A DNA stretch of 64,000 bases from Patescibacteria group bacterium (GCA_041649155.1 JBAZNP010000001.1:366564-430563), one strand, 5' to 3'. Positions 45,541 through 55,378 are shown, counted from the stretch's first letter. The notes: a model not told the origin generated them from the sequence alone. Translations and numbers: made by a program.

Positions 45541-46965
45541 ATGATTAGAACAAGATTTGCACCGAGTCCAACAGGGGAACTTCATATTGGCGGAGCCAGA
45601 ACCGCTCTTTTTGCTTATCTTTTCGCAAAGTCACAGGGCGGGGAATTTTTACTTCGAATTGAAGATACTGACCGAAATCGCTATGTTGAGGGATCAGTCG
45701 AGCGCATTATTGAATCATTGAAATGGCTTGGAATTAGTCCTGACAACCGCAAAAATATTATGGTCCAGTCAGAACGCCTGCCGGAGTATAAAAATGCAGC
45801 CTTGAAGCTTCTGAAAGAAAATAAGGCATATATCTGCACTTGTTCTAAAGAAAGACTGGATGGTTTGCGGAAAGAGCAGGAAGCAAAGAAACTTCCTACT
45901 GGATATGATGGACATTGTCGCAGTGGAAAGTGGAAAGTAGAGAGCAAAAAGGATTTAGAGGAATATTTGTCAAAAGGGGCGGTTGTGCGGATGAAAATGC
46001 CGGAAAAGGGCAAGATTGCTTTAAGCGACCTGATTCGAGGTAAAGTTGAGTTTGATGCTTCACTTATTGATGATCAGGTTATATTGAAATCAGACGGATA
46101 TCCAACTTACCATCTGGCTTCAATAGTTGATGATCACGAGATGAAAATTACTCATGTTGTTCGTGCCGAAGAATGGCTTTCTTCAACTCCGAAACATTTA
46201 ATTTTATATGAAATGTTTGGCTGGAAAGCGCCTGAATTTGCTCATTTATCCATGATATTGGGACCGGACAAAAAGAAACTTTCTAAACGTCATGGTGCAA
46301 CTAGCGTGATGCAATACAGAGAAGAAGGATATTTGCCTGAAGCATTGGTTAATTTTCTTGCATTTTTGGGCTGGAATCCAAAGGACGAGCGGGAAACATT
46401 TTTAATGGAAGAATTAATTAAAGAATTTAAGTTAGAAAACGTTAATAAGGCGCCGGCGATATTCAATATTGAGAAATTGGATGATATTAATGAGAAATAT
46501 ATTCGCAAAGTTGTCAGTCATCAGTTGTCAGTTGTCAGTCCGCTGCTAAAAGAATTTGGAGTAGAAGATATTTCGGTTGGAGAGTTGGAATTAATTGGTC
46601 GTGGTGGATATTCAACCTTGAAGCAGGCCGCGGAATATATTTTAGAGCTTAGAAAAGAGCCTGAATATGATGGAAAAATGCTGGTATTTAAGAAGTCGAC
46701 AAAAGGAGCAACACTTCTTGGTTTGCAGTCAGCAGTTTGCAGTTTGCAGAATATTGAGGAAAATGATTGGAATTCTCAGGAACTACAGATGAAATTGGGG
46801 TTGGTTGTTGAAAGAACCAATCTGACTAACGGGGATGTTTTCTGGCCAATTCGGGTTGCTTTGTCGGGTCAGGAAAAATCTCCAAGTCCGGTTGAGCTTC
46901 TTGTTGCGTTGGGAAAAGAAGAAAGCTTAAAGCGGATAAAGAAGGCTGTTAAGAAATTGAAGTAA
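45541..46965 (+). CDS. gltX: Glutamate--tRNA ligase
   Basis: MIRTRFAPSPTGELHIGGARTALF (HIGH motif), KLSKR motif. Contains in-frame 7-mer microsatellite tracts at 46501-46530 and 46721-46750. Confidence 0.9.
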   Translation: MIRTRFAPSPTGELHIGGARTALFAYLFAKSQGGEFLLRIEDTDRNRYVEGSVERIIESLKWLGISPDNRKNIMVQSERLPEYKNAALKLLKENKAYICTCSKERLDGLRKEQEAKKLPTGYDGHCRSGKWKVESKKDLEEYLSKGAVVRMKMPEKGKIALSDLIRGKVEFDASLIDDQVILKSDGYPTYHLASIVDDHEMKITHVVRAEEWLSSTPKHLILYEMFGWKAPEFAHLSMILGPDKKKLSKRHGATSVMQYREEGYLPEALVNFLAFLGWNPKDERETFLMEELIKEFKLENVNKAPAIFNIEKLDDINEKYIRKVVSHQLSVVSPLLKEFGVEDISVGELELIGRGGYSTLKQAAEYILELRKEPEYDGKMLVFKKSTKGATLLGLQSAVCSLQNIEENDWNSQELQMKLGLVVERTNLTNGDVFWPIRVALSGQEKSPSPVELLVALGKEESLKRIKKAVKKLK

Positions 46966-47000
46966 AGCACTAATTGTTATATTGCTAAATTGTTGAATTG

Positions 47001-47045
47001 TTAACCTCACCCAACCTCTCCTCCTAAAGGAGAGGGGCAATATGG
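47001..47045. repeat. Family S hairpin repeat (taacctcacccaacctctcct-cctaa-aggagaggggcaatat)
   Basis: Copies at 51270-51312 and 55330-55378. Confidence 0.65.
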
Positions 47046-47086
47046 CCATGAAGCGGTAAACGGTAATATCGGAGGGGTAGTATTGA

Positions 47087-48211
47087 ATGGGACAAAAAAT
47101 TAAGCTTGTTCAAATTATAGCTGATTCTAAAATTGGTGGCGGCTCAAGCCATATTTTGGGCGTTCTCCGCAATATTGATAAAGAAAAGTTTGATTGCTAT
47201 TTGATTTGTCCTAAAGGATTTTTGTCTGATGAGGCAGAAAAAATTCCCGGATTAAAAATTTTTAATATTGAAATGAAATCAAAATTTGATTTTGGCTCAA
47301 TATTTCAGCTAAAAAAGAAAATACTGGAAATAAGATCGGGCAGCGACCCTTTTGGCCCAATGATAGCGCACTCTCATGGTCCGAGGGCAGGTTTATTATC
47401 GAGATTTGCCTTGCCGCTTGGCGTCAAATCTGTTTACACTGAGCATATTTACGACGAGACTTATCGTCTTAAAAATCCGGTAAATAATGCCGTCCAAAGA
47501 TTTTTTCTAAGAAAGCAAAACGCAAATACTGATTTAATTATCGCCGTTTCTAATTCGGTTAAAAATGCTTTAGTAAAACATGGGTTGGCGCTTCCTGATC
47601 AAATTATTGTGATCCCAAATGGTGTTGACGTTGATAAATTTAAATCTTTAAAATCTCCGGCACAAAAGTATAATCATCCGGTTATTGGGTCTGTTGGGCG
47701 TTTGAGTCCGATAAAAGGATTTGAATATTTAATTGCTGCAATGCCTTATATTAAGAAAAAATTCCCGCTTGTGTCACTTGAAATTATCGGTTCTGGCTCA
47801 GAAGGAAGGAAACTGGCCGGTAAAATAAGAGAATTGAAATTGGAGCACAATGTGACATTGTTGGGCTCGAAAGAGGATCCGTTCAAATACGCGAAACACT
47901 GGAATGGATTTGTAATTCCTTCTGTTTCTGAGCCTTTTGGAATTGTTGCGCTGGAAGCAATGGCATCAGGAATTCCGATTGTGGCTTCGAAAACAGGTGG
48001 GCTTCAGGATATTATTACGAATAAGAAGAACGGACTCTTGGTCGAACCACGTAATCCGGAAGCACTTGCGAAAGTAATTCTGCAATTATTGGGCAATTTG
48101 GCATTTGCGACCAAGCTGAAACGTGAAGGCCAAATTCGGGTTAAGGATTTTGATTGGAAAAAAGTGGTCAAAGAACTGGAAAAGGCTTATTTTAATTTGT
48201 TTACTGAATAG
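47087..48211 (+). CDS. Glycosyltransferase family 1 (GT4-type)
   Basis: C-terminal ...EPFGIVALEAMASGIPIVASKTGG... Confidence 0.75.
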   Translation: MGQKIKLVQIIADSKIGGGSSHILGVLRNIDKEKFDCYLICPKGFLSDEAEKIPGLKIFNIEMKSKFDFGSIFQLKKKILEIRSGSDPFGPMIAHSHGPRAGLLSRFALPLGVKSVYTEHIYDETYRLKNPVNNAVQRFFLRKQNANTDLIIAVSNSVKNALVKHGLALPDQIIVIPNGVDVDKFKSLKSPAQKYNHPVIGSVGRLSPIKGFEYLIAAMPYIKKKFPLVSLEIIGSGSEGRKLAGKIRELKLEHNVTLLGSKEDPFKYAKHWNGFVIPSVSEPFGIVALEAMASGIPIVASKTGGLQDIITNKKNGLLVEPRNPEALAKVILQLLGNLAFATKLKREGQIRVKDFDWKKVVKELEKAYFNLFTE

Positions 48212-48222
48212 CTCTGTTTACT

Positions 48223-48313
48223 GTCATTTCAGGCTTGATCTGGAATCTAGAAATTACACAGGCGAATCAACTCTCTGGATCCCAGCTCTCAAGCTTACAG
48301 GCTGGGATGACGA
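48223..48313. repeat. Family M/P composite repeat (ctgtcatttcaggcttgatctggaatctagaaattacacaggc...ctctggatcccag...gctgggatgacga)
   Basis: Shares modules with 19146-19298. Confidence 0.65.
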
Positions 48314-48451
48314 TAGGGGTGAGTGAATGGTTACGCTCTAAATTATTGCCAAAACTAGAGAAAAATGATACATTCTCTCTAGCAAGTTTTATATTCGGAG
48401 ATCGCCATGTCATTCGACGTGGGACGATTGAATTAGATCAAAATTTAATAA

Positions 48452-48525
48452 TCGGAGATCGTATAATGGTAGTACAACGGGTTCTGGTCCCGTTTATCTA
48501 GGTTCGAATCCTAGTCTCCGAACCA
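48452..48525 (+). tRNA. tRNA-Gln (anticodon CTG), CCA encoded
   Basis: tcggaga/tctccga acceptor, loop ttCTGgt. The 5' 11 nt are duplicated at 48395-48405. Confidence 0.75.
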
Positions 48526-48580
48526 TGAAAAAGAAGATCGGGCTGTCTGATCTTTTTTTAAAAAACTCAAATATGGTAAT

Positions 48581-49270
48581 ATGAAAAAGATGGCACAGAA
48601 TTCTACAATTATTTCAGTCCAAGACATTACAAAAACTTATCATCTTGGCGATAATATTAAAGTCAAAGCTCTGAGAGGAGTCTCTTTGGATATTCACCGA
48701 GGGGACTTTTTGTGTATTACTGGCCGAAACGGTTCAGGAAAATCAACTTTTCTGCATCAATTGGGCCTTCTTGATCTGCCCAGCAGTGGAAAGATTTTTT
48801 TAAATGATCATGAAATCACTGCTATGTCAGAGAGAGAACGTTCAAATCTGCGATTGACTTATTTGGGTTATATATTTCAGGAATACGCTCTTGTACCCGA
48901 GCTCACTGCTCTTGAGAATGTAATGTTGCCGTCAATGATGAATAATAGTACTAAAGTATCAAAAGAAAAAGCGCAAGAATTGCTAGTAAAAGTTGGACTG
49001 GAAGGAAAAACAAATCATCTTCCAAAGCAATGCTCCGGAGGCGAGCAGCAAAAAATTGCTATTGCTAGAGCTTTGGTCAATGATCCTCAGATTTTATTCG
49101 CAGATGAACCGACTGCCAGTTTGGATTCATCTGTTTCTAAAGATATTTTATCTATCTTTAAAAAATTAAATAAAGAAGATGGCCATACGGTTATTATGAT
49201 CACTCATGAGGAAGAAGAAACAAAATATGCCAATCGGATTATTGAATTGAAAGATGGGAGAATTATATGA
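48581..49270 (+). CDS. ABC transporter ATP-binding protein (MacB/LolD-like)
   Basis: Walker A GRNGSGKST; signature LSGGEQQKIAIARAL. Confidence 0.85.
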   Translation: MKKMAQNSTIISVQDITKTYHLGDNIKVKALRGVSLDIHRGDFLCITGRNGSGKSTFLHQLGLLDLPSSGKIFLNDHEITAMSERERSNLRLTYLGYIFQEYALVPELTALENVMLPSMMNNSTKVSKEKAQELLVKVGLEGKTNHLPKQCSGGEQQKIAIARALVNDPQILFADEPTASLDSSVSKDILSIFKKLNKEDGHTVIMITHEEEETKYANRIIELKDGRII

Positions 49271-50466
49271 AAAACAGGGCAAAAATCCCATTCTTTTTAG
49301 TCTCAAAATTTCTCCGAAGAGGTAACAAATGGACTCTTTTTCTAACCATTCTTTTGATCTCAATAGCTTTTATTAATCTGCTTTTTCTCGCCTCTCTGTT
49401 TAAGGGGATAGCGGACATGTCTGATAATCAGGCGATTAATACATACGCTGGTAATATTACAATAACTCCATTAGAAGGTAGCGACTACTTGGAAAGTGTT
49501 TCGGATAAGATCGAAAAAATTGAGACGATTGATGGGGTTATCGGAGCAAGCCCTCAAACCATTGTTCCTGTAACTTTCAGTTTTAACAATATAAAAGGAA
49601 CGTGGACAACTATTGCAGTTGACCCTAAAAATGAAAAGAAAGTGACAAATGTTTCGGGGAAAATATACGATGGTTCATATCTAGAACAAGGGGATACTGA
49701 TCAGATTGTTTTAGGAAAAGAGGTGGCTGGCGGACCTGATAGTAATATGAATTCTGCTTCATTAAAAGGGGCCAAAGTTGGTGATAAAATTACTCTTAGC
49801 ATGAATGGAATCTCAAAAGAATTTACAGTTAAAGGGTTATTCTTTACCAAATTTATGTTTACTGATAGATATTCATTTATTAGCCAAGAAGCATTAGAGC
49901 AGTTTGTTCCAAGTATTAATAATAAAACCACAAGCATTAATGTCAAAATAAAAAATAAGGGCGACGAAGACAAAATTATACAGAAAATAAGAGATTTAGG
50001 CATTGAAGGTCAAGCGGACACTTGGGTTCAAAATGCAAGCTTTATGAAAAGTGTAAACAAAACCTTTGTTGCTATTAGCGCCATATTGGATATTGTGGGA
50101 GGACTAATCGCTGCGGTCACCATATTCATAATTATTTCACTTGATGTTTCAACTAAACGGCATGAAATAGGTGTACTTCGGGCAATTGGTGTCAAGCCAT
50201 CACTCGTCATATTTACCTATGTTTTTCAGGCGGCGATTTATTCTGCCTTGGGAATTACGCTGGGATTACTGGCCTTTACCGCTTTAATCATGCCATATTA
50301 TGTTGCCCATCCTTTTCCGTTGCCGATAGGTGATGCTACTCTGGTTATTACATCTGGAGATATTTCACGCAAAGTCATATTGGTTTTTGTTCTCGCTGTC
50401 ATATCGGCCATTATTCCTTCTGCTACTGCTACCAGAGTTAAAATTCTGGATTCAATTAAGAGCTAA
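49267..50466 (+). CDS. ABC transporter permease, FtsX/MacB family
   Basis: N-terminal TM, large extracytoplasmic domain, C-terminal 3-TM FtsX-like region. 4-nt overlap with the ATPase. Confidence 0.75.
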   Translation: MKNRAKIPFFLVSKFLRRGNKWTLFLTILLISIAFINLLFLASLFKGIADMSDNQAINTYAGNITITPLEGSDYLESVSDKIEKIETIDGVIGASPQTIVPVTFSFNNIKGTWTTIAVDPKNEKKVTNVSGKIYDGSYLEQGDTDQIVLGKEVAGGPDSNMNSASLKGAKVGDKITLSMNGISKEFTVKGLFFTKFMFTDRYSFISQEALEQFVPSINNKTTSINVKIKNKGDEDKIIQKIRDLGIEGQADTWVQNASFMKSVNKTFVAISAILDIVGGLIAAVTIFIIISLDVSTKRHEIGVLRAIGVKPSLVIFTYVFQAAIYSALGITLGLLAFTALIMPYYVAHPFPLPIGDATLVITSGDISRKVILVFVLAVISAIIPSATATRVKILDSIKS

Positions 50467-50558
50467 ATAAATCTTACGGCTAATTCTCTCAGCAAATTAT
50501 CAGTTTTGTGCTATAATCTTAAGTTAATTTAGAATTTAAAATTTATAATTTAAAAACA

Positions 50559-51242
50559 ATGCGTATATTAGTCATTGAAGATGATCACAAAATTGCAAAT
50601 GCGATTAAAAAAGGCTTGGAACAAGAGTCTTTTGCTGTTGATGTATCTTATGATGGTCGGGACGGGTTAGGCTCAGCCTTGACTATTGATTATGATTTAA
50701 TTATTATCGACAGAATGTTACCGGAAGTTGACGGGATCAAGATTTGTACCGCCTTAAGAGACAAGAAGAATAATGCTCCGATATTATTTTTAACCGCAAA
50801 AGACAAAATTAAAGACAGGGTGGAGGGTTTGAATGCCGGAGCAGACGATTATTTGGTCAAACCGTTTGCTTTTCAGGAATTGTTGGCTCGTGTGAGGGCT
50901 CTTCTCAGGAGACCTTCACAAAAGGTGGAAAATATCTTAACTATTGATGATTTATCATTAAATACCTTAACATTCGAAGTAACAAGAGAAAGAACGAAGA
51001 TAAATTTATCTAGCAAGGAATTTGCGCTTCTTGAATACATGATGAGAAATCCGGGACGGATTTTGACTAAAGATAATTTGATATCTCATGTTTGGAATTA
51101 CGATGCCGACATCCTTTTAAATACGGTTGAGGTGTACATTGGATACTTGAGGAATAAGATAGATAAGCCATTTAAAAATAAACCAGAATTAATTAAAACG
51201 ATTAGGGGTTTCGGATATAAAATTGTCGCAAGCGACAAGTAA
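50559..51242 (+). CDS. OmpR-family response regulator
   Basis: Receiver (D at DRMLP) plus winged-helix C-terminal domain. Confidence 0.85.
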   Translation: MRILVIEDDHKIANAIKKGLEQESFAVDVSYDGRDGLGSALTIDYDLIIIDRMLPEVDGIKICTALRDKKNNAPILFLTAKDKIKDRVEGLNAGADDYLVKPFAFQELLARVRALLRRPSQKVENILTIDDLSLNTLTFEVTRERTKINLSSKEFALLEYMMRNPGRILTKDNLISHVWNYDADILLNTVEVYIGYLRNKIDKPFKNKPELIKTIRGFGYKIVASDK

Positions 51243-51269
51243 TTGTTGTACTATTAAATTGCTCTGTTA

Positions 51270-51312
51270 TTAACCTCACCCAGCCTCTCCTTCTAAAGGA
51301 GAGGAGCAATAT
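51270..51312. repeat. Family S hairpin repeat; its AGGAGAGG arm lies 12-17 nt upstream of the histidine kinase start codon
   Basis: taacctcacccagcctctccttctaaaggagaggagcaatat. Confidence 0.6.
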
Positions 51313-51318
51313 AACAAT

Positions 51319-52383
51319 ATGGGCAATATAACAGTTGAATTCATGCATTTTAAAAACGCTTACTTAAAACTTACAATTTTTTATGTTCTGATTGTGATGA
51401 CAATCAGTGTAACTTTTAGTATCTCTTTATATGGAATATCTTCAAAAGAATTGGATCGTGGTCTTGGAAAACAATCTAATGTTTTGAGGGATATTCCGAT
51501 AAGAGGGAGTGTTTTACAACAAGCTCCTGATTTTGAGCAGATAAGACTTGACCAATTAGACGAAAGCAGCAACCGCTTAAGACTTAATTTGATTTATTTT
51601 AATTTATTAATTTTACTCCTATCTTCTTTGGCAAGTTATTTTCTTGCCCGAAAGACACTTGAGCCGATTAAGGAGGCGATGGATACTCAAAATCGTTTTA
51701 CTGCCGATGCCTCCCATGAATTGCGAACTCCTTTGACAGCGATGAGAACTGAAATAGAAGTGAATTTAAGAGATAAAAAATTGGGATTGCCTGAAGCAAA
51801 AAAGCTTTTACAAAGTAATTTGGAAGAGACGGAAAAACTGGAATCTCTTTCAAACGCTCTTTTAAAACTGGCCAGCTATGATGAGGAAGTAAAGTCAACT
51901 TTTAGCAAAGTTTCCCTGGAAGAGGTTTTAACCGAGGCTTATGAAAAAGTTGAGTGTTTGGCCAACAAAAAATCGATTATTTTCAAGAATAACTTTCAAA
52001 ATATTTTCGTAAAAGGTGACAAGCAAAGCTTGATCGAATTATTTATCATTTTGATTGATAATGCTATTAAGTATAGTCCGGAAAAATCTAAAATTTTAAT
52101 AAATATTACTTCGGAAAAAGATTGGGCAACTGTAAAAATTCGTGATTACGGCATAGGCATTAAAGCTTCCGATCTGCCTCACATTTTTGACCGATTTTAT
52201 AGAGCAGATACATCGCGTTCCAAGGAAAAAATTAATGGTTATGGCCTTGGTCTATCTATCGCCAAGAGCATAGTTAATTTTCATAAGGGTGCAATTGATG
52301 CTTTTTCAAAGCCTGACAAAGGCAGTGAATTTGTTGTGAAATTGAAATTATTTAGAAAAACGTCCTCCAGAAATAACATTTAA
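51319..52383 (+). CDS. Sensor histidine kinase
   Basis: 2 TM; H-box ADASHELRTPLT; HATPase_c G-boxes. Confidence 0.85.
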   Translation: MGNITVEFMHFKNAYLKLTIFYVLIVMTISVTFSISLYGISSKELDRGLGKQSNVLRDIPIRGSVLQQAPDFEQIRLDQLDESSNRLRLNLIYFNLLILLLSSLASYFLARKTLEPIKEAMDTQNRFTADASHELRTPLTAMRTEIEVNLRDKKLGLPEAKKLLQSNLEETEKLESLSNALLKLASYDEEVKSTFSKVSLEEVLTEAYEKVECLANKKSIIFKNNFQNIFVKGDKQSLIELFIILIDNAIKYSPEKSKILINITSEKDWATVKIRDYGIGIKASDLPHIFDRFYRADTSRSKEKINGYGLGLSIAKSIVNFHKGAIDAFSKPDKGSEFVVKLKLFRKTSSRNNI

Positions 52384-52454
52384 ACCTTAAGCTTTCTCTC
52401 AGATGGTTTGGGTAAGATTAACTTATCTTAATTAAGTCGGGAGGAGGTGATAAA

Positions 52455-52898
52455 GTGAAAAACGCAAAAATTATTCTGCCGGTTCTTGCTTTGGGCATTA
52501 TGCTTGGCGGCGCTGGAGTTTATTCTGTAAAATACGCTGCTGCTTCCAATGGAGCAAACCAGTCAAAAATGGCTGAAGAATTGGCTCAAAAGCTGAACGT
52601 GAGTACGGACCAAGTATCTTCAGCGATGGATCAAATTCATGAAGAAAAGCAGACTGAACGCAAAACTGAAGTAAGCGCTAATTTAGACAAAGCGGTATCA
52701 GACGGAGTTATTACTGCCGAGCAAAAACAAAAAATATTGGATAAAGAAGCTCAAAATCAGCAGGAACGCGAACAAAAAAGAGCTGAAATGGAGAAATGGG
52801 CCAGTGATAATGGAATTGATTTCTCCAAACTAAAAGATTATGGTTTTGGAATGGGCGGCAGAGGACACGGGGAAAGTAAAGGATCGGTCGATAAGTAA
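52455..52898 (+). CDS. Secreted LTxxQ-motif protein (CpxP/Spy/ZraP-like periplasmic stress protein candidate). GTG start with SD GGAGGAGG
   Basis: Signal peptide; two LTxxQ-like motifs (VSTDQ, ITAEQ); helical, K/E/Q-rich. Confidence 0.4.
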   Translation: MKNAKIILPVLALGIMLGGAGVYSVKYAAASNGANQSKMAEELAQKLNVSTDQVSSAMDQIHEEKQTERKTEVSANLDKAVSDGVITAEQKQKILDKEAQNQQEREQKRAEMEKWASDNGIDFSKLKDYGFGMGGRGHGESKGSVDK

Positions 52899-53080
52899 AA
52901 TAAATAACATTAATAAATATTTAGAAACAGCCCTTCCTCCGGGGCTGTTTCTTTTGACATAATGATTAAAATATGATATAAAAATCAGGACCAACTATAC
53001 AAGATTTTATTGTATTAGTTAAGAATAGGGTGAGAATTTATTATCTCTGCTAGAAACGACGGACATACAGGGAGGTTGGA

Positions 53081-53488
53081 ATGGATAGGGAAGAACCGAG
53101 AAAGATTAAAGCAATTCTTGCTAGTATTCCGAAAAAAGAGAAATGCCAGCCTTGGGGTCGAGCATTGACTGGGCACATCACTGTTTGGTTAAAGAACAAT
53201 GATTCCAATCCGGTCCAGCTAATATCTCACATGGCTAGCCTAAGGGCAGGGGTTTATTGTGTTACACTGAGCTTCAGGTCTGATTCGAATAAGTTTGATG
53301 ATTATCAGAAAGATACTGAGGCAAATAGGTCCAAGCATCGGCCGGTTATAATGGCATGCTTCCGTGCGTACATGGATCAGAACAAATCGACAGATTTGAG
53401 TCGAGAAAAAGCCATCGACCTTCTAGAGGGGCTTGATGGCTTGATTGGCAGGCTGAACCAACAGTTTACTCAAAATCTTGCTAACTAG
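53081..53488 (+). CDS. Hypothetical protein
   Basis: 135-aa ORF with SD GGGAGG. No motif. Confidence 0.4.
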   Translation: MDREEPRKIKAILASIPKKEKCQPWGRALTGHITVWLKNNDSNPVQLISHMASLRAGVYCVTLSFRSDSNKFDDYQKDTEANRSKHRPVIMACFRAYMDQNKSTDLSREKAIDLLEGLDGLIGRLNQQFTQNLAN

Positions 53489-53575
53489 TCATCTTTGTCG
53501 CCCGATGCTGGGTTAAGTATCGGTAAGGTCTGAGTAATTTACTATTAATTACTCAGACCTTTTTCATTTCAAAGC

Positions 53576-55177
53576 TTATTTACCAGCAATGTCTTCAAGT
53601 CTGATCATGCCGTCGCTGCGTGATTTCAATATTAAATTATTTGAATAGCCGTAAATATCCATTTCTTCAAATAGAGGAATGACTGCTACATCGTCCATAC
53701 TTTTTTGCATTGCTTCCTGTAGGTACTTTAAACGATATTTTTGATCAATGGTCTTGTTGGCCTGTTCAATTAATGTGTCTACTTCTGTGTTTGAATAACC
53801 CAAATTATAAATACCATGATCTTCACTTGGTGTGTGAATTATTAAATCTAATACTTCGTATGCATCTCTACTATCAGAGCTATAACCAGTTCTGTAAGTT
53901 GTCGTATCTCTTTCATCTGTCTTTGCGTAAAATTGATCCATGTCTTCAATCGGATTTAGTTTTGCGGTAATACCAATTTCAGATAATTGGCTGGCAATTA
54001 AATCCATTGTTGTTTTTGCGTTGGGATTCACAGACATATAATCTATTGTCATAGTGAATCCATCTTTGTAACCGGCTTCTGTAAGAAGGTTTTTCGCATT
54101 TTCTTTATTGTATTCCAGTCGTTTAATAGCAGGATTGTAACCGAATACTCCAACAGGAACCAACTGATTTGCAATTCTTGCGCCCGAAGGAAGGCTGCGC
54201 ATTATCTCACTCACATTTATTCCTTCTTCGATTGCTTGTCGTACCCGAATGTCTTTAAGGGGATTTTGAGGCAAGTCAATATATGGGGTTTTAGCTCTGG
54301 TTGTGTCGAGGCTCAAATATATAATTCCATTGCCATGAGACATTTTTAGTAGCTGTAAATCTTTACCTGAAACAATAGTTTTTAGTTCATCTATGTTTTT
54401 CTGTTCTGTTATATACATCGCCAAGTCGATCTCATTATTCTCCAGAGCTTTTAGTCTTTCTGTTTCATCGGATATTAGCTTCAACGTAACTTCTTTTGCT
54501 TTGGGTTTTTCTTTCCAGTAATTTTCGTTTCGGATAAATTTTACTTCTTTGTCGTTTGTTTCACCGATTTTGTATGGTCCAGAACCAAGATGATTGCTTA
54601 GCTCATTTTTCTCGACGTCAGCCTTGGACATAATGAGTAAGTTGGTGGCAAATCTATTTAAAATAACTGGATCAGGAACTGTTGTTTTGAAAGCAATTGT
54701 TTTTGAATCGATTATTTCTATTTTGTCTACAGTCGGGATGAGATCAGCCATCTGTAATTTTTTATCAATTTTTATGTAATCGTAAGTGAATTTTACATCT
54801 TCCGAAGTAACCGGTGTTCCGTCACTGAATTTGGCGTCTGGCGAGAGATGAAACCTCCATGTTAATTCATCCGGATTGCTCCAGCTTTCAGCCAAACATG
54901 GTTCGACTATTCCGAGCTCGTTAAATTTAACAAGCGGTTCGAACACGCTTGAATTGAAATTAACAGTATAATTCTCCGTGCTGTTTTCCGGATATACTCC
55001 CATTAACCACGATGCCCCGATTCTGACCTGATCTATTTCCTTGGGCGCATTTTGCTCTTCGGAAATTTGAGCCGAGCTCTTAAATGGCCAGACCATCTGT
55101 TTTTTTAAAAAAAATAAGCCTCCGATTATAGTAATAACCAGAAGCGCTAAAAGAGCTACTAAGCGATATTGCTTCAT
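53576..55177 (-). CDS. ABC transporter substrate-binding protein, family 5 (peptide/nickel type)
   Basis: 533 aa, N-terminal TM/signal. No adjacent permease. Confidence 0.7.
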   Translation of the reverse strand: MKQYRLVALLALLVITIIGGLFFLKKQMVWPFKSSAQISEEQNAPKEIDQVRIGASWLMGVYPENSTENYTVNFNSSVFEPLVKFNELGIVEPCLAESWSNPDELTWRFHLSPDAKFSDGTPVTSEDVKFTYDYIKIDKKLQMADLIPTVDKIEIIDSKTIAFKTTVPDPVILNRFATNLLIMSKADVEKNELSNHLGSGPYKIGETNDKEVKFIRNENYWKEKPKAKEVTLKLISDETERLKALENNEIDLAMYITEQKNIDELKTIVSGKDLQLLKMSHGNGIIYLSLDTTRAKTPYIDLPQNPLKDIRVRQAIEEGINVSEIMRSLPSGARIANQLVPVGVFGYNPAIKRLEYNKENAKNLLTEAGYKDGFTMTIDYMSVNPNAKTTMDLIASQLSEIGITAKLNPIEDMDQFYAKTDERDTTTYRTGYSSDSRDAYEVLDLIIHTPSEDHGIYNLGYSNTEVDTLIEQANKTIDQKYRLKYLQEAMQKSMDDVAVIPLFEEMDIYGYSNNLILKSRSDGMIRLEDIAGK

Positions 55178-55329
55178 ATCCCTCCTCTTGTTTTGAAGTC
55201 AATTAAATTGTCCAATATATTTATTATAATACCTTTTTTGTAAATTGTTAAATTGTAGAGCAAGCGATTAGTATGGCGGTTTTTTTTATGCGGTGAAGTT
55301 GGTAAGATAACAGTTGATTTCAAGTATTT

Positions 55330-55378
55330 TACCTCACCCAACCTCTCCTTTTAAAGGAGAGGGGTTGAGAAGGAGGAA
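55330..55378. repeat. Family S hairpin repeat (acctcacccaacctctcctttTAAAggagaggggttgaga)
   Basis: Third copy. Confidence 0.6.
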
